Origin: Macrostomum hystrix
Lineage: Eukaryota; Animalia; Platyhelminthes
DNA: 64,000 nt
Reading direction: 5' to 3'
Assembly (NCBI GenBank): GCA_950097015.1
Contig: CATNEN010000028.1
Coordinates: forward strand, 372,001-436,000
In this document: piece by piece, positions 13,211-26,138 of the stretch
How the letters are laid out: each line of letters starts with the position of its first letter
Position numbering within the stretch: position 1 is the first letter of the stretch
Position numbers and translations under genes: made by a program
The notes under the pieces: model-generated
Told to the model about the DNA's origin: nothing
The model's input: the letters and a program-made list of their open reading frames with translations, nothing else
Database searches by the model: none

Positions 13211-16200
13211 CTGTAGATGGCACTCCTGATCTGGCACTGTATGCCTCTGTAAATGGCACTCCTGATCTGGCACTGTATGCCTATCTGTAAATGGCACTCC
13301 TTATCTGGCACTGTATGCCTATCTGTAAATGGCACTCCTGATCTGGCACTGTATGCCTATCTGTAAATGGCACTCCTTATCTGGCACTGTATGCCTATCT
13401 GTAAATGGCACTCCTGATCTGGCACTGTATGCATATCTGTAAATGGCACTCCTGATCTGGCACTGTATGCCTCTGTAAATGGCACTCCTTATCTGGCACT
13501 GTATGCCTCTGTAAATGGCACTCCTTATCTGGCACTGTATGCCTATCTGTAAATGGCACTCCTGATCTGGCACTGTATGCCTATCTGTAAATGGCACTCC
13601 TGATCTGGCACTGTATGCCTATCTGTAAATGGCACTCCTGATCTGGCACTGTATGCCTATCTGTAAATGGCACTCCTGATCTGGCACTGTATGCCTATCT
13701 GTAAATGGCACTCCTGATCTGGCACTGTATGCCTATCTGTAAATGGCACTCCTGATCTGGCACTGTATGCCTATCTGTAAATGGCACTCCTGATCTGGCA
13801 CTGTATGCCTATCTGTAAATGGCACTCCTGATCTGGCACTGTATGCCTATCTGTAAATGGCACTCCTGATCTGGCACTGTATGCCTATCTGTAAATGGCA
13901 CTCCTGATCTGGCACTGTATGCCTATCTGTAAATGGCACTCCTGATCTGGCACTGTATGCCTCTGTAAATGGTACTCCTGATCTGGCACTGTATGCCTAT
14001 CTGTAAATGGCACTCCTGATCTGGCACTGTATGCCTATCTGTAAATGGCACTCCTGATCTGGCACTGCCTATCTGTAGATGGCACTCCTGATCTGGCACT
14101 GCCGCGCGGGCTGTAAATGGCACTCCTGATCTGGCACTGCCTATCTGTAAATGGCACTCCTTATCTGGCACTGCCTATCTGTAAATGGCACTCCTGATCT
14201 GGCACTGTCAGTCTGTAAATGGCACTCCTGATCTGGCACTGCCTATCTGTAAATGGCACTCCTGATCTGGCACTGCCTATCTGTAAATGGCACTCCTTAT
14301 CTGGCACTGCCTATCTGTAAATGGCACTCCTGATCTGGCACTGCCTATCTGTAAATGGCACTCCTGATCTGGCACTGCCTATCTGTAAATGGCACTCCTT
14401 ATCTGGCACTGCCTATCTGTAAATGGCACTCCTTATCTGGCACTGTCAGTCTGTAAATGGCACTCCTTATCTGGCACTGCCGGGCTGTAAATGGCACTCC
14501 TGATCTGGCACTGCCTATCTGTAAATGGCACTCCTGATCTGGCACTGCCTATCTGTAAATGGCACTCCTGATCTGGCACTGCCTATCTGTAAATGGCACT
14601 CCTGATCTGGCACTGCCTATCTGTAAATGGCACTCCTTATCTGGCACTGCCTATCTGTAAATGGCACTCCTTATCTGGCACTGTCAGTCTGTAAATGGCA
14701 CTCCTTATCTGGCACTGCCGGGCTGTAAATGGCACTCCTGATCTGGCACTGCCTATCTGTAAATGGCACTCCTTATCTGGCACTGCCTATCTGTAAATGG
14801 CACTCCTTATCTGGCACTGCCTATCTGTAGATGGCACTCCTTATCTGGCACTGCCTATCTGTAGATGGCACTCCTGATCTGGCACTGCCTATCTGTAAAT
14901 GGCACTCCTGATCTGGCACTGTATGCATATCTGTAAATGGCACTCCTGATCTGGCACTGTATGCCTCTGTAAATGGCACTCCTTATCTGGCACTGTATGC
15001 CTCTGTAAATGGCACTCCTTATCTGGCACTGTATGCCTATCTGTAAATGGCACTCCTGATCTGGCACTGTATGCCTATCTGTAAATGGCACTCCTGATCT
15101 GGCACTGTATGCCTATCTGTAAATGGCACTCCTGATCTGGCACTGTATGCCTATCTGTAAATGGCACTCCTGATCTGGCACTGTATGCCTATCTGTAAAT
15201 GGCACTCCTGATCTGGCACTGTATGCCTATCTGTAAATGGCACTCCTGATCTGGCACTGTATGCCTATCTGTAAATGGCACTCCTGTCTGGCACTGTATG
15301 CCTATCTGTAAATGGCACTCCTGATCTGGCACTGTATGCCTATCTGTAAATGGCACTCCTGATCTGGCACTGTATGCCTATCTGTAAATGGCACTCCTGA
15401 TCTGGCACTGTATGCCTATCTGTAAATGGCACTCCTGATCTGGCACTGTATGCCTCTGTAAATGGTACTCCTGATCTGGCACTGTATGCCTATCTGTAAA
15501 TGGCACTCCTGATCTGGCACTGTATGCCTATCTGTAAATGGCACTCCTGATCTGGCACTGCCTATCTGTAGATGGCACTCCTGATCTGGCACTGCCGCGC
15601 GGGCTGTAAATGGCACTCCTGATCTGGCACTGCCTATCTGTAAATGGCACTCCTTATCTGGCACTGCCTATCTGTAAATGGCACTCCTGATCTGGCACTG
15701 TCAGTCTGTAAATGGCACTCCTGATCTGGCACTGCCTATCTGTAAATGGCACTCCTGATCTGGCACTGCCTATCTGTAAATGGCACTCCTTATCTGGCAC
15801 TGCCTATCTGTAAATGGCACTCCTGATCTGGCACTGCCTATCTGTAAATGGCACTCCTGATCTGGCACTGCCTATCTGTAAATGGCACTCCTTATCTGGC
15901 ACTGCCTATCTGTAAATGGCACTCCTTATCTGGCACTGTCAGTCTGTAAATGGCACTCCTTATCTGGCACTGCCGGGCTGTAAATGGCACTCCTGATCTG
16001 GCACTGCCTATCTGTAAATGGCACTCCTGATCTGGCACTGCCTATCTGTAAATGGCACTCCTTATCTGGCACTGCCTATCTGTAAATGGCACTCCTTATC
16101 TGGCACTGCCTATCTGTAGATGGCACTCCTTATCTGGCACTGCCTATCTGTAGATGGCACTCCTGATCTGGCACTGCCTATCTGTAAATGGCACTCCTTA

Positions 16201-16860
16201 TCTGGCACTGTCAGTCTGTAAATGGCACTCCTTATCTGGCACTGCCGGGCTGTAAATGGCACTCCTGATCTGGCACTGCCTATCTGTAAATGGCACTCCT
16301 GATCTGGCACTGCCTATCTGTAAATGGCACTCCTGATCTGGCACTGTATGCCTATCTGTAAATGGCACTCCTGATCTGGCACTGCCTATCTGTAAATGGC
16401 ACTCCTGATCTGGCACTGCCTATCTGTAAATGGCACTCCTGATCTGGCACTGCCTATCTGTAAATGGCACTCCTGATCTGGCACTGCCTATCTGTAGATG
16501 GCACTCCTGATCTGGCACTGCCTATCTGTAAATGGCATTCCTGATCTGGCACTGCCAGCCTGTAAATGGCACTCCTGATCTGGCACTGTATGCCTCTCTG
16601 TAAATGGCACTCCTTATCTGGCACTGCCTATCTGTAAATGGCACTCCTGATCTGGCACTGCCTATCTGTAGATAGCACTCCTGATCTGGCACTGCCTATC
16701 TGTAGATAGCACTCCTGATCTGGCACTGCCGGGCTGTAAATGGCACTCCTGATCTGGCACTGCCGGGCTGTAAATGGCACTCCTGATCTGGCACTGCCTG
16801 TCTGTAAACGGCACTCCTGATCTGGCACTGTCAGTCTGTAAATGGCACTCCTGATCTGGC
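13211..16860. repeat. 38/34-bp minisatellite (CTGTAAATGGCACTCCTGATCTGGCACTG[TATG]CCTAT), ~3.6 kb, with ~1.49-kb higher-order duplication
   Basis: Tandem units with and without a TATG. The rare variant GCCGCGCGGG recurs at 14101 and 15594. Confidence 0.95.
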
Positions 16861-17640
16861 AATGAGGCAGCAACCGACAATGCGACCATTCGATATGGCA
16901 TCAGATGATCAAGAGAACGAAATCTGTTAATTAGATTGGCCGGGCAGTGATTGCGACAGTTTGTATAGATATTGTCAAATTTAATTGAGGATTTGATATT
17001 GGTCTAGTCGATATTCGAAGACCACCACGGCCTCAAACACGGCTAAAAGTGGAGTAGGAATACCCATACACGCACGCATAAGGCCTATACTCAGACTTAT
17101 TATAGGCTATATGTGTGCTCGGTGAGGGAGAACAGCTGAGCTGATAGAATTAGGCGAAAAAAACTGGCGCTGCACGTTCTCAACGCTATCGGATCACTCG
17201 GTCGGCGGGCGAACGGTGGATTTGAGACGAGCGGGCGGGTCAAAAGCGGACTCAAAGAAGGCGATTGTTATTTCCCGAGCTAGAGAAAAGAGACAGAAAG
17301 AGATTGGCCCCGTCCTAAGCGAAAGGTGATATCTCTGCGTGCGCGCCTTCGAGAAATCGCTGTGGCAATTGTCGCCTGTTACTTCAACGGGTTCTGCATG
17401 CAGCGCCTCATCACCCGCTTTGCCCCAGTCTTTATTCTTGACCATGCGAGCTCTCTATATTAGTAGATATGCAACGGCCTAGACAGAGAAATATAATGAC
17501 ACTTTGCAGTGCCTGTTAAATGTAACTGTTATATGGATTATTGATGAGGTCGATAAAAATCAAATCCTTAGTGCAAAAAGATAGGAGTGAGATACCAGGA
17601 TTTAAGATTCGAGTTTAAGTCCAGGGGACAGGGGAGAAAG

Positions 17641-18299
17641 GGGAGATTCGAGTTGAGACAGGGGAGATTCGAGTTGAGACAAGGGAGATTTCAGTTGAGA
17701 CAGAGGAGATTCCAGTTGAGACAGGAGATTCCAGTTGAGACAGAGGAGATTCCAGTTGAGACAGAGGAGATTCCACTAGAGACAGAGGAGATTCCAATTG
17801 AGACAGGGGAGATTCCAGTTGAGACAGGGGGAGATTCCAGTTGAGACTGGGGAGATTCCAGTTGAGACTGGGGAGATTCCAGTTAAGACAGGGGAGATTC
17901 CAGTTGAGACAGAGGAGATTCCAGTTAAGACAGAGAAGATTCCAGTTGAGACAGAGAAGATTCGAGTTGAGACAGGAGATTCCAGTTGAGACAGAGGAGA
18001 TTCCAGTTGAGACAGAGGAGATTCCACTAGAGACAGAGGAGATTCCACTAGAGACAGGGGAGATTCCACTAGAGACAGAGGAGATTCCAATTGAGACAGG
18101 GGAGATTCCAGTTGAGACAGGGGGAGATTCCAGTTGAGACTGGGGAGATTCCAGTTGAGACTGGGGAGATTCCAGTTAAGACAGGGGAGATTCCAGTTGA
18201 GACAGAGGAGATTCCAGTTGAGACAGAGGAGATTCCAGTTGAGACAGAGAAGATTCCAGTTGAGACAGAGAAGATTCCAGTTGAGACAGGAGATTCCAA
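17641..18299. repeat. 21-bp minisatellite (GGAGATTCCAGTTGAGACAGA) with 293-bp higher-order repeat
   Basis: Tandem periodicity. ORF pairs 17798/18091 and 17841/18134 are both offset by 293. Confidence 0.93.
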
Positions 18300-18714
18300 T
18301 TTCCAAGATGAGAGCGGTTGAGACCGTGTGTGGGTGTCCGGCAGGAATAAAAATGACGAATAGGATGCGGCTGCCGGCCCAGTGTGGGGTGGGCTGCGAT
18401 TGGACAGGCCTCACCCAGTAGCGGCTGCCCACCCGCGGGAGGAGGGTGGGGATGCAGGCGGCGCCTTCCTCCCCACCCCACCCTCCCCTCCCCGAGTGTC
18501 TCTCACTTTCCAAGCGGTGGAGATCGTGAGCCAGATTGGCGCCAATTGGGGGCGGACGCCTTCACTGCAGCCCCTGACACCAATCCCATCCCGCAATACC
18601 ATTGCCCCGACCCTTCAAAACGGGCGGCGCCGAAGCTAAATTCATAGATTCGAAAAATTCTCGCAGCCATACCGCTTTGATATCATACTAGCTTTGAATC
18701 TGACGAGGAAAGCA

Positions 18715-21700
18715 ATGGCATTCAGTCCGTTTGCATTCTCGACCGCTGCGGCGGCTTCCACTAGCGGCGACGAACATTCTCGACAGCAGCAGCAGCAGCA
18801 GCAGCAGCAGCTCCTGAGTTCGAGCAAAGCTGCCATGGCTGCCAGCTTCTCTGCCGCCTTGGCTGCGGCTTTCGCAGGCCAGTCGGCGCAGCACCCGCCG
18901 CCGCCACCGCTGCTGCCGCCGCCGCCGCCCGCGTCGTTGATTCCGCCGAATCTGCTTTCGCCGAGTCTGCTCCAAGCCAGGTGTTTCGACTCAGGACAGC
19001 ATCTGAGGCATCAATCCACGCCTCATCATTCATCAGGCCGGTCAAGTCATCAGATAACGTCGTCCGGGCCATCTGAAGCGTCGGCGACCTCGGAGGAAGC
19101 TGTAAAAGATGATCCAAAGGTGGAACTGATTGAGAAGGAACTTTGGCACCAGTTTCACGGCTTTGGAACTGAGATGGTCATCACTAAAAGTGGACGGTGA
19201 GAAAAAACTTTCAATACATTTTCTGAATCTATGCACTGGACTCTGTGTATCGCTGAGCTCCAAGGTGGTAGATCTGTGTATCACTGAGCTCCAAGAAGGT
19301 GGTAGATCCGTGCTTCGCTGAGCTCCAAGAAGGTGGTAGATCTGTGCTTCGCTGAGCTCCAAGAAGGTGGTAGATTCTGTGTTTCACTGAGCTCCAAGAA
19401 GGTGGTAGATCTGTGCTTCGCTGAGCTCCAAGAAGGTGGTAGATCTGTGTTTCACTGAGCTCCAAGAAGGTGGTAGATCTGTGTATCGCTGAGCTCCAAG
19501 AAGGTGGTAGATTCTGTGTTTCACTGAGCTCCAAGAAGGTGGTAGATCTGTGCTTCGCTGAGCTCCAAGAAGGTGGTAGATCTGTGTTTCACTGAGCTCC
19601 AAGAAGGTGGTAGATCTGTGCTTCACTGAGCTCCAAGAAGGTGGTAGATCTGTGCTTCGCTGAGCTCCAAGAAGGTGCTCCAATCTGTGCTTCGCTGAGC
19701 TCCAAGATGGTGGTAGATCTGTGCTTCGCTGAGCTCCAAGAAGGTGGTAGATCTGTGCTTCGCTGAGCTCCAAGAAGGTGGTAGATCTGTGCTTCGCTGA
19801 GCTCCAAGAAGGTGGTAGATCTGTGCTTCGCTGAGCTCCAAGAAGGTGGTAGATCTGTGCTTCGCTGAGCTCCAAGGTGGTAGATCTGTGCTTCGCTGAG
19901 CTCCAAGAAGGTGCATTATGCATGTTTTTCATTCGTGCCACATCTTTGTTGTTACTGTCAAAGCAGTGAATCACCTCACACAGCAGCAGTCTCTATCTGT
20001 TTCTGCAGTACAGAGTATTCATAAATTATAGCACTGTGCATATAACTGTCCAATATTCATTTGCTTTGCATCTCTTGGTTTCTGTCGCCGCTGCTGTCGT
20101 CACGACGACGCCGCCGCACACACGCGCACACAATCAGAGGCATACTATAGCATAGTGAAGGTCAGAGAGCGACAGTCCCTGATCTCGAAACCGAAGGGAA
20201 AAAACTATCTTCTTGTTTAGCGGCAAATGTCACAGACTGGCTGCAGTCTGTCACCGCTGCTTTGGCGCCCGCATGTCTTGGTCGAAGTCTTTTGCTTGCG
20301 CGGACCATATCAACACTGCAGCAGCAGCAGCAGCAGCAGCATTAACCCGCTCCCAAAACGGCTATTTTGTCTATAGTTAAGGAAAGCTTCAAGATTAATT
20401 CTTTAAGCACCAGATCCTGTAGCGAGTTGAAAAATTTTTATAGTACTATATACTCGTATAGCTGCCTGAAGTTTAGGCATCCAGTGGTTGCCACCCAAAC
20501 CTAGCAACCAAAAATATAGCAGTTTGGTTAAGTAACTATATATAGGAAAAATATGAGTATGGCGTGTCCGCTTAACCTTTTCTAGCCCACGTCTGACACT
20601 TGCTCTTATCTATAATCCTTCACCTATATGCGCCAAGTTACACCTGCCGAATTAGAAATGTGCCAGCAATCTCTGCAGTTTCCATTGCAATTTTTATCAA
20701 TATCGAAAATAGCTGTTTTATTACTAGTTTATAATTTTTGTGAAAACACGTGGCGTTTATAGTCATTTTATCTTAGCGATCTCGCTTTCCACGATTTTAA
20801 ATCCAACTGTCTCCCTCTCCCTCTCTCCCTCTCTCTCTCAGTTTCCCGTCGCCTCTTGTTCAATTCTTATCTCCATGAGATTTTATATGGGGGCTAGTGT
20901 ATAGGATTTGGGATTTTGTATGTTGGCTGTGGCGTCAAGTGAGAGGCAAAATAAAGCTTCTATCCAAACGGCGATCTGGTCCAGCAGATTAGCAGCAATT
21001 CGATTGCAAACCTTTTTTTTAATCCACAGTTTTTTCCCAATAAACAGCTTCTTTTGTTTAACATTTTTGTGTATGAGTTGAATAGCGAAAGCAGCGCGCG
21101 GTGACGCCATTGTTGCAATTTTTGCTGCTTTTTTATCATCGATTAGCGAATTATGATATCAGAGAAAGCAGCAACTGGCTTGGAAGCTTGTTAATAGTCA
21201 CAATAGATTAAAATATAATGCTGTCAGTATGGGCTTCCAAGAGGCTGGGGTGTCAGTAAATGAAGATTTTCAGGATTGTCAATATAAACTAACAAAATGA
21301 CTGCCAGCTAGGTGTCAGCAGGGTATTACCAGGGCGTCAGGGGATATCTAAGGTGTCAGCAGGATTATCAGGGTGTTCGGGGTGTCAGTAGGGTGTCAGC
21401 AGGATTGTCATGGTGTTCAGGGTGTCAGTAGGGTGTCAATAGGGGTGTCAGTAGGGTGTCAGCAGGATTGTCATGGTTGACTTTCTCTTGTTTGTGCGGG
21501 ACATTTTGAGACAGCAGTCTTCAACTATCGAACTTGCTCAACCTCTAAGCCATAGATTCTAATTGATGAAGCTAGCACGGTCGAGTGTCAGTGTCTGATG
21601 GTGGGAGGGTTGTCTAATTTCGTTGCTCTATCCACCTCCGCTGAGTGTGTTGACTCAAAGCCGTATTATATAAACAGGCCTTCTTATCTGTGTCCATCAA

Positions 21701-24700
21701 TACAGCATTTGAAAGCTATAGTGATTCCACTTCTCCAATATAAACAAAGGATGGGACTCTAGTATTCTATTTCCGACAGGCTCAATGTTGGAGAACGCAA
21801 ATATTAGCGGCCTAAGCGTCGTGCGGATCGTCACCGCGAAGATGTCGCACGAGGCCAATTTAAACGCCCGTTAACCGGAATCCATAGACAGGGAGAAAAC
21901 AAGAAGAGAAGTGGAAAAGGAAGTTAGAAAGATTGCATGATATGTTGAAGGAATCGTGTTTGTTTGATCCTTTGAATTCAAGGAACAAATTAGAAGTTGA
22001 ATTTGGAAATCGGGATCATGGAAATCGGGATCGTGGAAATCGGGATTGTTTAAAAAATGATTTGGTAAATCGGAATTCAGGAAATTAGGATATGGAAGAT
22101 CTGGATTCGGGAAATCGGGATTCGGGAAATCGGGATTCGGGAAATCGGGATTCGAGAAATCGGGATTCGGGAAATCGGGATTCGGGAAATTAGGATATGG
22201 AAAATCTGGATTCGGGAAATCGGGATTGGGGAAATCGGGATTCAGGAAATCGGGATTCGGGAAATCGGGATTCGGGAAATCGGGATTCAGGAAATTGGGA
22301 TTTGGGAAATTCGATTTGAAGAGATTTTGAAGTGGAAAATTTTGGAAACATGGAATTTTGGGGAATTCAACATCATAGAATTCGGGATCAAATAGTCAGC
22401 CTTTCACTTATCACAAATATATACTAATCAGTTTTTCGATTTGAAAATGAATCTTTATGCAGGCGGATGTTTCCACCATTCAAAGCCAAAGTTACCGGAT
22501 TGGATAAGCGCGCCAAGTACATTATGCTGATGGACATTGTGCCTATTGACGACTGTCGGTAAGTTTTCTAACGACAAACTAAAATATTAATCTGTGACTT
22601 AAAGCTAATTGGTCCATCCAATGTCGTCCAGGTACAAGTTCCACAACTCCCGTTGGATTGTGGCCGGCAAAGCGGACCCGGAGATGCCGAAGCGGATGTA
22701 CATCCACCCCGACAGTCCCAGTACTGGAGAACAGTGGATGCAGAAGATTATCAGCTTTCACAAGCTCAAACTGACGAACAACATCTCCGATAAGCACGGC
22801 TTTGTGAGTCCAACGTGTTGCATCCCATTCTCTTGTCTAGAATCCTCATTCTCTTATCTAGAATCCCCATTCTCTTATCTAGAATCCCCATTCTTTTATC
22901 TAGAATCCCCATTCTCTTATCTAGAATCCCCATTCTCTTATCTAGAATCCCAATTATCTTATCTAGAATCCCCTTTCTCTTATCTAGAATCCCAATTATC
23001 TTATCTAGGATCCCCATTCTCTTATCTAGAATCCCCTTTCTCTTATCTAGAATCCCCATTCTTTTATCTAGAATCCCCATTCTCTTATCTGGAATCCCAA
23101 TTATCTTATCTAGAATCCCCATTCTCTTATCTAGAATCCCAATTATCTTATCTAGGATCCCCATTCTCTTATCTAGAATCCCAATTATCTTATCTAGAAT
23201 CCCCATTCTCTTATCTAGAATCCCAATTATCTTATCTAGGATCCCCATTCTCTTATCTAGAATCCCCATTCTCTTATCTAGAATCCCCATTCTCTTATCT
23301 AGAATCCCAATTATCTTATCTAGAATCCCCATTCTCTTATCTAGAATCACAATTATCTTATCTAGGATCCCCATTCTCTTATCTAGAATCCCCATTCTCT
23401 TATCTAGAATCCCCATTCTCTTATCTAGAATCCCAATTATCTTATCTAGAATCCCCATTCTCTTATCTAGAATCCCCATTCTCTTATCTAGAATCCCCAT
23501 TCTCTTATCTAGAATCCCCATTCTCTTATCTAGAATGCCCATTCTCTTATCTAGAATCCCAATTCTCTTATCTAGAATGCCCATTCTCTTATCTAGAATC
23601 CCAATTATCTTATCTAGAATCCCCATTCTCTTATCTAGAATCCCAATTATCTTATCTAGGATCCCCATTCTCTTATCTAGAATCCCAATTATCTTATCTA
23701 GGATCCCCATTCTCTTATCCAGAATCCCCATTCTCTTATCTAGAATCCCCATTCTCTTATCTAGAATCCCAATTATCTTATCTAGAATCCCCATTCTCTT
23801 ATCTAGAATCCCCATTCTCTTATCTAGAATCCCCATTCTCTTATCTAGAATCCCCATTCTCTTATCTAGAATCCCCATTCTCTTATCTAGAATCCCCATT
23901 CTCTTATCTAGAATGCCCATTCTCTTATCTAGAATCCCAATTCTCTTATCTAGAATGCCCATTCTCTTATCTAGAATCCCAATTATCTTATCTAGAATCC
24001 CCATTCTCTTATCTAGAATCCCAATTATCTTATCTAGGATCCCCATTCTCTTATCTAGAATCCCAATTATCTTATCTAGGATCCCCATTCTCTTATCTAG
24101 AATCCCCATTCTCTTATCTAGAATCCCCATTCTCTTATCTAGAATCCCCATTCTCTTATCTAGAATCCCAATTATCTTATCTAGAATCCCCATTCTCTTA
24201 TCTAGAATCCCAATTATCTTATCTAGGATCCCCATTCTCTTATCTAGAATCCCAATTATCTTATCTAGGATCCCCATTCTCTTATCTAGAATCCCCATTC
24301 TCTTATCTAGAATCCCCATTCTCTTATCTAGAATCCCCATTCTCTTATCTGGAATCCCAATTCTCTTATCTAGAATCCTCATTCTCTTATCTAGAATCCT
24401 CATTTCTCAACATGAATCCCAAACGCCCCGCCTGAAGTCACGAGTAACGCACCTGGGAAAAAGCGCTTCAGAAAAGTTAGTTTCGAGTATTAGCTCTGTA
24501 AAAATGTCTTGTTGCTATGCCCATGGCTCCTTACTTTTTGGGGAAAAAAGTCACCGAGACAGACCTTTGTCGGCTTCCTTTGTCTCTCTTCCCCTCGCAA
24601 AGCAGCAAGTAAAGCCAGTTTGACCAGACAAACCTGAACAAACCAAGGCTATCATTTGCTTTCATATACTGTACGAATGAACACACACCGAATGGGAATA

Positions 24701-26104
24701 AATTCATGCAGCAGGTTAAACGTTTCCCCAACAAGTTTTCCTACTTACTGCCGTCTTTAATGCGCGAATTTCGTTCATAAAGAATTATGACGCAATAACC
24801 AAATTGTGAAAGATTGCAAAAATAGACAAGCTAATTAAATTCTAAAACACGATCGGACAATATTTACCTGGCATGTGAGACCACGTGAGATCAGATCTAG
24901 ACGCGACTCAAATAGCCAAAGTCTAAAAATGAAAGATCGTGAGAAAGATTGCTGACAAGATTTTTTCTAAGTTGGCGCCAAAATTATTTTTTGACTGTTG
25001 ATCCAAGCAAGAGGCGGTGGCTGCGGCTGCGGTGGCGGCGGCGGTAGCAGCAGCAGCAGTGGCAGCGGCGACAGAGGAAGAGAGAGAGTGCGCTAGTAGT
25101 AGAGGATCAGCCAGGCCAGGGTGGCGACTAAATGTAAATATTATGTTAAAGAAATTTAGACGGCAACCCTTGTGGTTGGGGTGGTCGGCCGAGTGCTTTG
25201 GGGCGCAAGTCAAGTAAAATTATTAGACAGCGTGTGTGGCATACGAGGGGCGGGCTTGTGTGTTCCACTATAGCTGCAGGGAGGCGGTTGAGAAGCTCCC
25301 CCGACAGCTTGACGCCTCCGAATATTTGAGCAGAGAGTGCTCAGATTTGGCCGGGCCGCGGGTCGGCGGTAGCTTTCGCAGTACCAGAAAGTCAGAAAGG
25401 GTTTTTTTTATTCATTTCCCCGTGCACAGCCGCTAAACAATTTGCTGTCGAATTCAATTAGATTGGATTCTTGGAAAGGCACTGATTTGTCTTTCCTCAA
25501 AGTGGATACACTGGAGTCTGGGAATCTACGTGAAAGAATAAGATCTTGGGTAAAAGATTGTGGTTTTTCTGATGAAAGAATGAGAATTCCAAGAGGATTC
25601 CAGGTGAGGTTGGGAGGGGATTCCAGGTGAGGCAGGGAGGAGATTCCAGGTGAGGCAGGAAGGGGATTCCAGGTGAGGCAGCGGGGATTCCAGGTGAGGC
25701 AGCGGGAGTTTCCAGGTGAGGCAGGGAGGGGATTCCAGGTGAGGCAGCGGGGGATTCCAGGTGAGGCAGAGAGGGGATTCAGATTAGGCAGTTTCAGGTT
25801 TATGAAGAATCTGGCTTATCAGTGCCAAAAAATTCAATCTATTCGTTAATCTTTTCACTGTCAAAGTCCCGGCTTTTCCATTTCCCAATGTCCGAGCCGA
25901 TATCTCAGATCGGCAATCGACACAGGAAATTGTCTAACAAGAAATAGTCAGTCAATCATTCGATAGAGAATCAAGCGAATCTGCTGATGGAACTCGGCGG
26001 AAGGAAGCTGTAAATTTTCGGTAGCCACAGTCGAGGGCGCTGGACAAGAGAAAGTGGGAAATTTTCTCTACCTAATTTTTTTCAGAGTGGAAAGCAAGCC
26101 AGCA

Positions 26105-26138
<34 letters not shown>

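Noticed and set aside
24923-25436. Poly-Ala ORFs and GCN/CAG runs inside Tbx2/3 introns (also 20317-20340, 26108-26137)
   Set aside because: Low-complexity triplet runs without coherent exon boundaries; possibly regulatory but unsupported.
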